From IMG/VR virus record IMGVR_UViG_3300028901_000105, positions 1 through 62,718 of that record: a stretch of DNA of 62,718 bases; one strand, 5' to 3'. The DNA comes from a virus. Numbering within the stretch: the stretch's first letter is position 1; each line of letters starts with the position of its first letter. Both the position numbers and the translations under genes were made by a program. The notes beneath the pieces were generated by a model, which searched no databases, was not told the DNA's origin, and saw nothing but the letters and a program-made list of their open reading frames with translations. This document shows positions 49,608-58,108 of the stretch, one piece after another.

Positions 49608-50851
49608 AGATGGCACTTGGGTTTATGTTCCAGAACGAAGCGGCGTGGATAAATCTTCACCTGCCAGTGCTGTTGAAATCCGCTATGGTGGATGGCGTGG
49701 TTGCCATTGATGGCGGTTCAACGGATGGCGGGCGGCAGGTGATTGAGTCGCTCGGCGGCCAAGTCCGTGACCGGGTGTGGGACTGGAAACCGTGCGAACA
49801 GGAAAACGCGGTGATTCAGTTTGCCGAAGCAGAAGGTTATGACGCCCTGATGCTGGTCGCGCCGGACGAATTGTGGTTTCCTGAACATCTCGACCAGATC
49901 AAAATGTTTTTGGCAGGCGGACAATACAAGGCGCTGCGTTTCCCCACCTACAACTTCATGAAAGACCGTCTGCATTATTCGCCTGTTCCCCCGTATTACC
50001 CGGACGCACATGTACGCGCGTGGATGTTGAATGAGGGCGTTCGGCATGTGGGGGCGCTGGACAGCGTTCCCAACACGGATGCATTAGGGTGGTACGAGGG
50101 CGATAAGCTGCTGTCTGTCCCGCATATTCACCTGTACCACTATGCCCACATCAAAAATCGGGCGTGGTACACCCTAAAGGGACTCAATTTTCACCGCGTC
50201 AAAGACGGACTTTCGCCTTTGGGCGAATTACCGGAAGGCACACCGCTGGCCGCTTACCCAATGACCATTCCGTTTGTGGGGGTGCAGCCGCTAGACCCAT
50301 CTGTAGGGAAACGTGCGCCGCTGCCCTACTTTGAAGAAACACCCGCCCAAACCAGCAATGGGGCGTTTATGTACAAATCATTTGCAGTAAACCACCAAGA
50401 GACATTTACAAATTGGGAATGGCTGCCCGAAATACACACGGCCATCCATCTGGGCAGTGGTATAGGCGAATTCGGCGTTGGGCTAAAAAAGAAATTCCCC
50501 AATGCACAGCTTATTACTGTCGAAACCGTAGAACCAAAAGGGACGGATTTAATTCAACTTAACCTTGCACATTGGCCTGACGTGTATTGCTATGAGTGGA
50601 AAGACGAATCTGATCGTTCAGGGCAAGGCGGAGCACAGTTACTAGAAACAATGTTACACCGTCATCTGATGCCAGAGGTTGATCTGCTGTACCTTGATGC
50701 CCGCCCATATTATCAGGCGGTGTTCAATAACCTGCCTGTAGAGCATCAGCAGCGGTTTAAGTGGATTATCACATCCGGGGTTATTGCGCCAGCAACCCAC
50801 GAAGAAGTGATGCGCGTGAATGGAATGGTCTACTGGAGGCGGAAGGCGTGA
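49604..50851 (+). CDS. Glycosyltransferase-like (GT-A fold) protein with possible methyltransferase-like C-terminal half
   Basis: VVAIDGGSTDGG and LMLVAPDELW (DxD-like) in the N-terminal half. IHLGSGIGEFG in the C-terminal half. Contains palindrome copy 5 (reads SPLGE). Confidence 0.4.
   Translation: MKMALGFMFQNEAAWINLHLPVLLKSAMVDGVVAIDGGSTDGGRQVIESLGGQVRDRVWDWKPCEQENAVIQFAEAEGYDALMLVAPDELWFPEHLDQIKMFLAGGQYKALRFPTYNFMKDRLHYSPVPPYYPDAHVRAWMLNEGVRHVGALDSVPNTDALGWYEGDKLLSVPHIHLYHYAHIKNRAWYTLKGLNFHRVKDGLSPLGELPEGTPLAAYPMTIPFVGVQPLDPSVGKRAPLPYFEETPAQTSNGAFMYKSFAVNHQETFTNWEWLPEIHTAIHLGSGIGEFGVGLKKKFPNAQLITVETVEPKGTDLIQLNLAHWPDVYCYEWKDESDRSGQGGAQLLETMLHRHLMPEVDLLYLDARPYYQAVFNNLPVEHQQRFKWIITSGVIAPATHEEVMRVNGMVYWRRKA
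50212..50227. repeat. TTCGCC-TTTG-GGCGAA palindrome copy 5
   Basis: The 20-mer tttcgcctttgggcgaatta is identical to copy 1 (5761-5780). Confidence 0.9.
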
Positions 50852-51612
50852 ATATTCACTGTATTGTCATTGCCTATGGACTGGTTGAAGATTTGCTGCG
50901 TTTGTTCGAGCGTGGCAATGCGCCAAACATCATGTGGCATCTGTTTCTGCACAGCACCATTCCGCAGGTAGTTACTGCCTGTGACCAACTGACAGCGCAG
51001 TATCCGAACCTGTATTACTACCGCCATATGCGAAATCGCGGTCTATCCGCATCATGGAACGATGGCATTGAGGCTGCTTACCGCGACGGCGCGGACGTGG
51101 CGCTTATCATCAATGACGACATGATTCCGGGGCCGGGTGATATTCAGAAGGTCGCCCAAGCCGCGCTTGATCATCCAGATTGCGGCATCGTCAAATGTTG
51201 GGGATTCGATCTGCGCTCCATGACACACACCACAATGGAATTTGGGCTGACCGCGATCACCAAACGTGGTTGGGAAGTGGTGGGCGCTTTCGACGAAAAC
51301 ATTTTCCCGATCTATTGGGAGGACATTGATTGGGGCAGGCGTCACGGATTAGCAGGACTGCCCATGCATATTGTCGATAACACCAGTGCAGTTCACGCGG
51401 GAAGCAAAACCAGTGTTACTGTGCCGGGACTGCTTCAGGAAACATCACAGGCATATAACCAGAATGAGGCGTATTACCGTCGCAAATGGGGCAGAACTCA
51501 TACAGAAGGGGAGTCCTACGCCACCCCCTTTAATGACCCTGCATTGACCTTCTACATCGCGCCGGAACAGCGCCATGCGCCGTATCCCGGTTATGACAGG
51601 ACAGACCGATGA
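50848..51612 (+). CDS. Family 2 glycosyltransferase
   Basis: GTG start overlapping the upstream stop. CIVIAYG..., NRGLSASWNDG, LIINDDM (DxD). Confidence 0.6.
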   Translation: MNIHCIVIAYGLVEDLLRLFERGNAPNIMWHLFLHSTIPQVVTACDQLTAQYPNLYYYRHMRNRGLSASWNDGIEAAYRDGADVALIINDDMIPGPGDIQKVAQAALDHPDCGIVKCWGFDLRSMTHTTMEFGLTAITKRGWEVVGAFDENIFPIYWEDIDWGRRHGLAGLPMHIVDNTSAVHAGSKTSVTVPGLLQETSQAYNQNEAYYRRKWGRTHTEGESYATPFNDPALTFYIAPEQRHAPYPGYDRTDR

Positions 51613-52616
51613 AATACCTTGTGACAGGTGGGTTTGGATTTATTGGCAGTCATCTTGTGGAACGGCTGCTGAAGGATGGGCATCAGGTTCACATTGTTGA
51701 TAACCTGAGCAGCAATGGGGTAATGCCAGATGTTCTGCTGGACGAATGGGGGCATCCTGAAGGACTCACATTTGATCTGGCGGAATTCACAGAATGGCGT
51801 GAGGGGAAAGCCTACCACCATCGGGGTTTTGACGGCATCTTTCATCTCGCCAGCCCGGTTGGGCCAGCCGGGGTTCTGCAACATGCGGGCGATATGGTAT
51901 GGGACATCACCATGAGTACCTACGCTGCAATGGCATTGGCACAAAATGTCTGGAAGGCCAAATTGGTGGATGTTTCCACCAGCGAAGTCTACGGTGGCGG
52001 CCAGCAGGGATACTGCTCTGAAGAATTGCCCCGAATCATTCAGGCTGAAACGACGGTTCGGCTTGAATACGCCGTCGCAAAGCTGGCCGCAGAAACCGCG
52101 ATTATCAACATGTGCAAAGTACATGCGCTTAATGCCGTTATTGTGCGCCCGTTCAATGTGGCTGGGCCGCGCCAGTCCGGTAAAGGCGGCTTTGTGCTGC
52201 CGCGCTTTATTCAGCAGGCAATGGCGGGTAGTGGGCTAACCGTGTTTGGCGACGGATCGCAGATTCGCGCCTTCACGCATGTGGTAGACATCGTAGATGG
52301 GCTGGTACGCGCAATGGACAAGGGGCGCTCTGGCGAAGTCTACAATTTGGGCAACCCTGCCAACAAAACCACCATCCTTGATCTTGCAGAACGGGTTATT
52401 GAGATTGTGGGGCAGGGCGCGATTGTCTTTACCGATCCCAAACTGCTGTATGGGAAGCTGTATGCGGAAGCGGCGGATAAGTATCCAAACGCCACCAAAG
52501 CACAGCGCGATTTGGGATGGACACCTACACGCAGTATTGACCAGACGATCAAAGACGCCTATGCCTACATACAGCATTTAGCCGAGCCTGTTGCAATTAC
52601 AGAACACTTGTGCTAA
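51609..52616 (+). CDS. NAD-dependent sugar-nucleotide epimerase/dehydratase (SDR)
   Basis: VTGGFGFIGSHLV (GxxGxxG), YAVAKLAAE (YxxxK). 335 aa. Confidence 0.85.
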   Translation: MKYLVTGGFGFIGSHLVERLLKDGHQVHIVDNLSSNGVMPDVLLDEWGHPEGLTFDLAEFTEWREGKAYHHRGFDGIFHLASPVGPAGVLQHAGDMVWDITMSTYAAMALAQNVWKAKLVDVSTSEVYGGGQQGYCSEELPRIIQAETTVRLEYAVAKLAAETAIINMCKVHALNAVIVRPFNVAGPRQSGKGGFVLPRFIQQAMAGSGLTVFGDGSQIRAFTHVVDIVDGLVRAMDKGRSGEVYNLGNPANKTTILDLAERVIEIVGQGAIVFTDPKLLYGKLYAEAADKYPNATKAQRDLGWTPTRSIDQTIKDAYAYIQHLAEPVAITEHLC

Positions 52617-52619
52617 ATT
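52591..52619 (+). promoter_or_regulatory. Promoter, GAAC-N4-GTGC family (TTGCAA-N17-TAAATT), overlapping the epimerase stop
   Basis: TTGCAAttacAGAACacttGTGCTAAATT. Confidence 0.55.
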
Positions 52620-52641
52620 AAGGATTGAACAATTATACGAA

Positions 52642-52685
52642 TCCGCGAGGCGGACAGAGGGCGAGGCCCTATGTTCGCCTTTTTT
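52642..52685 (+). promoter_or_regulatory. Leader with two GAG-triloop hairpins and a competing terminator-like stem plus T6
   Basis: tccgc-gag-gcgga, agggc-gag-gccct, and the alternative ggcga..tcgcc followed by tttttt. Confidence 0.5.
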
Positions 52686-52703
52686 GTTGTTGGACGTGTT
52701 GTG

Positions 52704-53957
52704 ATGGAACGGATTGCTGAAACCCTGTATGGCCCGCTCAAGGGGGATTATCCCAAAGATATTCCTACCTATCCATCGGTCGATACCGAACTGCTTTACG
52801 AAGGGGATGATAAACCATTCCATGTGGTATTGCCGATTGCAGAGGTTGGGCGTATCAGCGAAAACGGCCTGTTGTATGACGAGGCGCTTGTCAACGCCAT
52901 TGCTGAACAGTTACCGGGTTCAGGTGGCATACGCGGGCATATTCCATCCGACCAGATCAGTTCGGCGTTTCCAGTGGACGCGGTTCACTGGATTGGGCAT
53001 GTCATTCAAGAAAATGTGCTGTGGGGCAAGGGCTACATCCCTCCGGGGGAAACCCGCGAAGACGTGAGACGTCGGAAAGCGCGAGGCGGCAACTTAGGCA
53101 CATCCATCTTTGGGGACGCAATCAAGGAAACAACCGACAAAACCAACAAACGGGGCAATAAGGTTTGGCGCGCTCGGAATTTCCAGCTTGAAACACTGGA
53201 CTTGGCGCACGACAAACGGGCTTCACTGCGCCAGAAGCGCGGGTTCGCAATCGTTGGTGAAACAGAAGGATACCCTCAAATGGAAAACATGACTGTGGCA
53301 GATGTTCCACAGAATATCCGTGAGCAGATTATTCGGGGCTATGAAACCGAAGAGAAAGCCCAACGGGTAGCTGAGCTGGAACAGAAATTGCAGACTGCCG
53401 AAGAACGGGTGAAGGTTGCAGAAGCACAGGTCGCAGAAGCGGCAAGCTGGAAATCCATTGTTGCAGAAATTCGCAGCACCATTGGCAAGGACACCGATAC
53501 CGTTCAGATCATTGCGGAATACCACAACCAAATCACCAAGCTGGCTGAGATGTTGGGCGTTCCATTTAGCAATATCACCGTCAAAGTCGAGGAAATGCAC
53601 GAACAGGTAGCGGAAATGAAAGAAGCTGCCTTTGAAGGGGCTGTGGTCGCAGAAGTCGAAAAGCGCACTGCATGGAAGGTGAACAACCCCAAAGTTCAGG
53701 AACAAGTCAAGGCATTTCGGAATTCGTTCAAGAAAGCGATTCTGGCTGAGATGGGTGACGAACGCGCTACCGAACGTATTGCGGAAACCGCGACAGGTCT
53801 TTGGGACAGCGAGTACAGTCTGATCGCACAGGGATTGCTCACCACGCTGGGCGGCCCCGCTGCGGCAATTGGTGGGAAGTCACCCGCGATTGAACAGCGC
53901 GTAGACCTTGACGTGCCTGAAACGCGCACTGCTGTCAAAGCCAAGTTCGGTTTGTAA
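52704..53957 (+). CDS. Prohead protease (HK97 S78-like) fused to a coiled-coil scaffold region
   Basis: The N-terminal half has GGIRGHIP, LGTSIFGD and LETLDLAHDKRAS. The C-terminal half is Glu/Ala/Lys coiled coil. Internal Met start (MERIAETLY). Confidence 0.5.
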   Translation: MERIAETLYGPLKGDYPKDIPTYPSVDTELLYEGDDKPFHVVLPIAEVGRISENGLLYDEALVNAIAEQLPGSGGIRGHIPSDQISSAFPVDAVHWIGHVIQENVLWGKGYIPPGETREDVRRRKARGGNLGTSIFGDAIKETTDKTNKRGNKVWRARNFQLETLDLAHDKRASLRQKRGFAIVGETEGYPQMENMTVADVPQNIREQIIRGYETEEKAQRVAELEQKLQTAEERVKVAEAQVAEAASWKSIVAEIRSTIGKDTDTVQIIAEYHNQITKLAEMLGVPFSNITVKVEEMHEQVAEMKEAAFEGAVVAEVEKRTAWKVNNPKVQEQVKAFRNSFKKAILAEMGDERATERIAETATGLWDSEYSLIAQGLLTTLGGPAAAIGGKSPAIEQRVDLDVPETRTAVKAKFGL

Positions 53958-53990
53958 CCAGCACTGCTGGAGAAATACGAGACATAACAC

Positions 53991-54422
53991 ATGGCAATTC
54001 TCACACTGGAGGCCAAAGCAGTACGCCCGCTGTTTGGCTCAGTCACCAGTTCAAAGGTAATGGGCGAAGCATCAAGCGTGAAAAAGATCGTGTTTGTTGG
54101 CCCGGACAGCCTTATGTACGAAGCCGCAGGCGACGATAACAACCACGCGACAGGTCTTTTGGGCATGATCGTTTCCGGTGGACGCGCAGCCACCGACGGC
54201 ACGGTACAGGCGGGCGAAGCGGTTGACGTGCTGTGGTTTGGGCGCGTTGAACTGGGTACAACGTTGGACGAAACCAAGCAGTATTACCTCGCTGACGAAA
54301 CAGGTGGGGTAAAAGGACTGATTGGCGACGCCCCCGGCACGGTTACCCGCCGCTTGGGTAAGCCGGAAAGCTCGCGCGTTTTCTTTTTCAACCCGCAAGA
54401 CGTGGCGACTGCCTACACGTAG
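53991..54422 (+). CDS. Head decoration-like protein (DUF2190-like)
   Basis: 143 aa, located between the scaffold and capsid genes, with a Gly-rich beta pattern. Confidence 0.4.
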   Translation: MAILTLEAKAVRPLFGSVTSSKVMGEASSVKKIVFVGPDSLMYEAAGDDNNHATGLLGMIVSGGRAATDGTVQAGEAVDVLWFGRVELGTTLDETKQYYLADETGGVKGLIGDAPGTVTRRLGKPESSRVFFFNPQDVATAYT

Positions 54423-54458
54423 GCCGCACCGAAACAACACTAAGGAGAAACAAATCTC

Positions 54459-55622
54459 ATGCCATCAATTGGGCCACGTATGTTACTCGACATCGCCCTG
54501 CCGACCGGGGTTGATGCGAACACCATTCTCAATTTCGAGATGCGGGAAGGGATGACCCCGCAAGATGTCATCACTATGGCGGTCACCGTCATTGGTGAGG
54601 CCAATGAATATGTGCGGATGACCTATGGCGGTCTGTACGCCGAAACACAGCGCCTGTGGTCGCGGTATCGCAAAGGCGATGGTACACGGTCAATGACGCC
54701 TAAACGCAGCGAAGTCAGCCGCAAGGACGGCATTCGCGGGGATCGTATCGGGCATATGTTGGACATCGAATCGTTCGATGATGCCAACGACTGGACAACT
54801 GATTATCTGCGCGAGGCGATCCGCGAAGACCTGCGCGATGATGTGCTGATGGTTCGTGACCGCTGGATTAACCGCTGCGACTACAACTTCATCTGGCGGA
54901 TGCTCAGCAACACTGAGGTTCAAATCGGGCAAACGGGTTGGGCGCCGGGATGGGCAATTGGCAGCGGTGGAAACCTGCCTTTTGTTCCGCCGCAGTACGG
55001 CGCGTATAAGTTCGATAGTACCCACACACACTACATCCGCTACAACGCTGCGTACAACGCAACCAATCTGGCGACAGCATTGGATCGTGGGGCGCAGGAA
55101 CTGTCGCATCACGGGCATACCGGGCAGAAGATTTGCCTCATGAGCGAATCCAACCTGAGTATCCTGAAAACCATGACGGCAAAGGAACTTGCACGTTTTC
55201 TTCCTGCGGGCTTCCGGCCTGCGGGCGGCAACACCGGACAATCCACACTGCCCGGCGAATTGGAAGGTATTCCGGGCGAAACCGTCGCGTGGTATGCCAG
55301 CGACTACGGCATGGTTCAGATCAAGTATCACCCGCGCCTGCCTGCTGGCTATCTGTGGATGGGGAAGTCCTACGGTATCGACAATCCGGCGAACCCGCTG
55401 GCACTGCGGACTGATCCGCTGCGCGGCGGCTTCGGCATCGTGGTTAATCCACAGGTGGATAACAGCCTGAATCCACGTCTGCAAAAGCTCTCCTATGAGG
55501 GCAAAAACGGCGTGAACGTCAATGACCGCACCAACGGCGTAGCCATTCAGATCGAAACAGGGTCTGATGACTACGAAAGCCCAACGGACACCGAACTCGG
55601 CGTGGAGACCCAAGCCGCGTAA
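54459..55622 (+). CDS. Major capsid protein (by position and size)
   Basis: 387-aa ORF after the protease/scaffold and decoration genes, preceded by AAGGAG. Confidence 0.6.
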   Translation: MPSIGPRMLLDIALPTGVDANTILNFEMREGMTPQDVITMAVTVIGEANEYVRMTYGGLYAETQRLWSRYRKGDGTRSMTPKRSEVSRKDGIRGDRIGHMLDIESFDDANDWTTDYLREAIREDLRDDVLMVRDRWINRCDYNFIWRMLSNTEVQIGQTGWAPGWAIGSGGNLPFVPPQYGAYKFDSTHTHYIRYNAAYNATNLATALDRGAQELSHHGHTGQKICLMSESNLSILKTMTAKELARFLPAGFRPAGGNTGQSTLPGELEGIPGETVAWYASDYGMVQIKYHPRLPAGYLWMGKSYGIDNPANPLALRTDPLRGGFGIVVNPQVDNSLNPRLQKLSYEGKNGVNVNDRTNGVAIQIETGSDDYESPTDTELGVETQAA

Positions 55623-56632
55623 TGAAAGCTATAAACTGGGTTGCGTACCGGTTTATCAAAGAGGATGGCTACGGGCGCTTTGGCATCAATATGGTGCGGG
55701 CGCTCGTGGCCGCTGGCCTACAGGTTACACCCGGTACGACAGAAGCGATAGCGGAACTGCCCGCTTGGATGCAGAACCTTGCAGGCTGGAATTGGGGGAA
55801 TACCACCATCCAGTGCCTACCCGCAAACATGGCAATGCCTCTCGCGGGGCGCAGCTTTATTTTTTCCATGACCGAAGATACAGGCTGTCCCAAAGATTGG
55901 CCTGACAAGATCAACACCATCGCGGAACGGCTGATTGTCCCCTGTGAACAAAACGTGGAAGCCTTTCAGCGGCGGGGTGTCAAATGCCCGATTCATGTGG
56001 TGCATGGCGGCACAAACCCCGAAGAATTTCCGGTCATTGAAGCCCCACAGAATGGCCGCCCATACACGTTCCTCTGTTTGGCGGATCGCCTGCCGCGTAA
56101 AGGCACAGAGGTTGTATGGAGTGCCTTCTACAAGGCGTTTGAAAATAACCCTGATGTACGGTTGATTGTTAAAGGGCGTCCGTCGTCCATGCAGTGGCTC
56201 AACACGTTCAACTTTGTGGACAAACGCATCACCTTTTGGAAAGCGGATGTGGAGTCGATGGCGGATGTGTTCGCCCAAGTGGATTGTTTCGTATTCCCCT
56301 CATTCGGGGAAGGGTGGGGGATGCCACCGCGCGAAGCCGCCATGATGGGTTTGCCTGTGATTGCGACCCGCTGGAGTGGACTGGAAGTTGGCATTGATGA
56401 ATGGGCGATTCCGGTCAACACGTTCAAGATGGGCGAAAGCACACTGCCACATGGCAGCAGTCAATGGGCGCTCCCTGATCTGGACGAGGTTATCGCCCAT
56501 ATGCGCTGGTGTTACGAAAATCAGGACGCAGCGCGGATGCGCGGGCGCAAAGCGGCTGCATGGCTGCGCGAAAACCAGACATGGAAACACAGCGCCCAAC
56601 AAGTAATGAGGCTGCTCGAAGAACATGGCTAA
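55622..56632 (+). CDS. Family 1 (GT4-like) glycosyltransferase
   Basis: FVFPSFGEGWGMPPREAAMMGLPVIAT (E-x7-E motif). TAATG coupling to the capsid gene. Confidence 0.7.
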   Translation: MKAINWVAYRFIKEDGYGRFGINMVRALVAAGLQVTPGTTEAIAELPAWMQNLAGWNWGNTTIQCLPANMAMPLAGRSFIFSMTEDTGCPKDWPDKINTIAERLIVPCEQNVEAFQRRGVKCPIHVVHGGTNPEEFPVIEAPQNGRPYTFLCLADRLPRKGTEVVWSAFYKAFENNPDVRLIVKGRPSSMQWLNTFNFVDKRITFWKADVESMADVFAQVDCFVFPSFGEGWGMPPREAAMMGLPVIATRWSGLEVGIDEWAIPVNTFKMGESTLPHGSSQWALPDLDEVIAHMRWCYENQDAARMRGRKAAAWLRENQTWKHSAQQVMRLLEEHG

Positions 56633-57011
56633 CCTAACTGCAACAGAGATTGAGCGCATTCGCCGCAAAATCGGAGACAATGGTGTTCCCCAAGAGGGAG
56701 GAGAGCCGAAATACACATTCCAAGACTCCGAAATCCAAGATGAATACGATGCTGCGGGCGGGGACTTCAATAAGACAATTCTTGCGCTATATGAGGATTT
56801 GCTTGGCAGTGCGTGGCGCTTCCACGACTACACCCAAAACCAATCCGACGAAAAGAAGCAGCAGATTTTTAAGAATCTGGAAGCTGCTGCTAAATGGTGG
56901 CGGCAAAAGGTTGCAGACGATACAGCCATAGCCACTAGAGCAGTGCCGCGTATCATCGGCGTTGAAGTTGTTCCGCCAGATGACAAATCTGCACCGGAAG
57001 GGTGGGACTGA
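56625..57011 (+). CDS. Head-tail connector protein (putative)
   Basis: 128 aa. Call rests on position after the capsid block. Confidence 0.45.
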   Translation: MANLTATEIERIRRKIGDNGVPQEGGEPKYTFQDSEIQDEYDAAGGDFNKTILALYEDLLGSAWRFHDYTQNQSDEKKQQIFKNLEAAAKWWRQKVADDTAIATRAVPRIIGVEVVPPDDKSAPEGWD

Positions 57012-57382
57012 TGGACATCAATGTGATTACCGGGCAAGGCCAACCGATTGAGGCAACCGAACGGGCGACTGATGCATGGTCACATATCCTCGAAAAACCC
57101 ACCAGCATTGTGCTTGTGCGTGGCAAAAATACGACCCTTGCTGCACAAACCGTCCGCATTGAATTTACCAGCACCACGCGCGGCACAGAGGTTACAGGGC
57201 AGGGGGGCGGTCAATCTTCTAACCAATCCGTTGTCATCTTTGGTGTACGCGATCATCCCACCATTCCCGATACCAACATTGAACGTGACGACCGTTTTGT
57301 TGAGGATGGCATTTTCTTCCGAGTCACCGATGTTGTGAAAACCATCGGGCAAATCCAAGCGAACGCAGATGCCAACCAATGA
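57002..57382 (+). CDS. Head closure / head-tail adaptor protein (putative)
   Basis: 126 aa. Call rests on position. Confidence 0.45.
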   Translation: MGLMDINVITGQGQPIEATERATDAWSHILEKPTSIVLVRGKNTTLAAQTVRIEFTSTTRGTEVTGQGGGQSSNQSVVIFGVRDHPTIPDTNIERDDRFVEDGIFFRVTDVVKTIGQIQANADANQ

Positions 57383-57728
57383 GATTCGTTGGTATGGCAT
57401 CGAAGAAATGCAGACCAACATCCGCAAATATGGCGAAGCGGCGCGTTTTGCAGTGGTGCAGGTTGCTCAATACTGGCAGCCTGTTATAGAAACCTTCGCC
57501 AAAAACAACGCCCCGTGGACAGATCGCTCTGCCAACGCCCGCCAATCCTTAGAAGCATGGGTAGATGATCTCTCCGAAGATACGGTTAAACTCTACCTCT
57601 CCCACGGAATGACATATGGCATTTTCCTTGAAACCCGTTGGGCAGGGCGTTATGCCATCATCTGGCCGACGCTTGAGCAGCACCTTGAACCGATTGCCCA
57701 AATGCTGCGCGGCATCTTCGGGCGCTGA
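57369..57728 (+). CDS. HK97 gp10-family tail-completion protein
   Basis: APWTDRSANARQSL...YLSHGMTYGIFLE pattern. Confidence 0.55.
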   Translation: MPTNEIRWYGIEEMQTNIRKYGEAARFAVVQVAQYWQPVIETFAKNNAPWTDRSANARQSLEAWVDDLSEDTVKLYLSHGMTYGIFLETRWAGRYAIIWPTLEQHLEPIAQMLRGIFGR

Positions 57729-57749
57729 TTTTCGCCAATGGGCGAAAAT
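57728..57749. repeat. ATTTTCGCC-AATG-GGCGAAAAT palindrome copy 6 (only intergenic copy)
   Basis: 9-bp arms. Starts at the last base of the gp10-like stop codon. Confidence 0.9.
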
Positions 57750-57791
57750 ATAGTAAAAATAAAGGGGCTACTAATTCATAAGTGAGGGGTT

Positions 57792-57989
57792 ATGAGACGA
57801 AAATCGCGTCGCGTCAAGGTCATCCGTATCAATCATGGCATTATGGGCAATCCGCATAGCCGCAATATCGAACGCGCAATCACCAAATGGATGAAAAAAG
57901 GGTATCGGTTAGACAAACAGCAAGACGAACGGGGGAGGGGGTGTACGAGTTGGGGCTACACCCTACTAACGTTCATAGAAGAAGAATAA
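57792..57989 (+). CDS. Small basic hypothetical protein
   Basis: 65 aa. GAGGGG upstream. Inserted between the connector and tail genes. Confidence 0.5.
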   Translation: MRRKSRRVKVIRINHGIMGNPHSRNIERAITKWMKKGYRLDKQQDERGRGCTSWGYTLLTFIEEE

Positions 57990-57999
57990 ATCAGCCTGC

Positions 58000-58028
58000 T
58001 TGAAATAATCGAACAATTGTGCTAAATT
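58000..58028 (+). promoter_or_regulatory. Promoter, GAAC-N4-GTGC family (TTGAAA-N17-TAAATT)
   Basis: TTGAAAtaatcGAACaattGTGCTAAATT. Confidence 0.55.
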
Positions 58029-58047
58029 AAGTCTATAAGCAGATAAA

Positions 58048-58095
58048 TTCCGCGAGGCGGAACGTGCCGATACTGTCGGTGTGTTCCGCCTTTTT
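58048..58095 (+). promoter_or_regulatory. Leader with mutually exclusive hairpin and terminator
   Basis: ttccgc-gag-gcggaa competes with ggcggaac...gttccgcc followed by ttttt. The sequence is paralogous to 52620-52690. Confidence 0.55.
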
Positions 58096-58108
58096 GTTTG
58101 GAGGCGAC

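Noticed and set aside
54690-55613. 307-aa minus-strand ORF
   Set aside because: It lies entirely antisense to the major capsid gene in a plus-strand operon. Its composition is Arg/Ala/Val-rich, typical of the antisense frame in GC-rich coding DNA.
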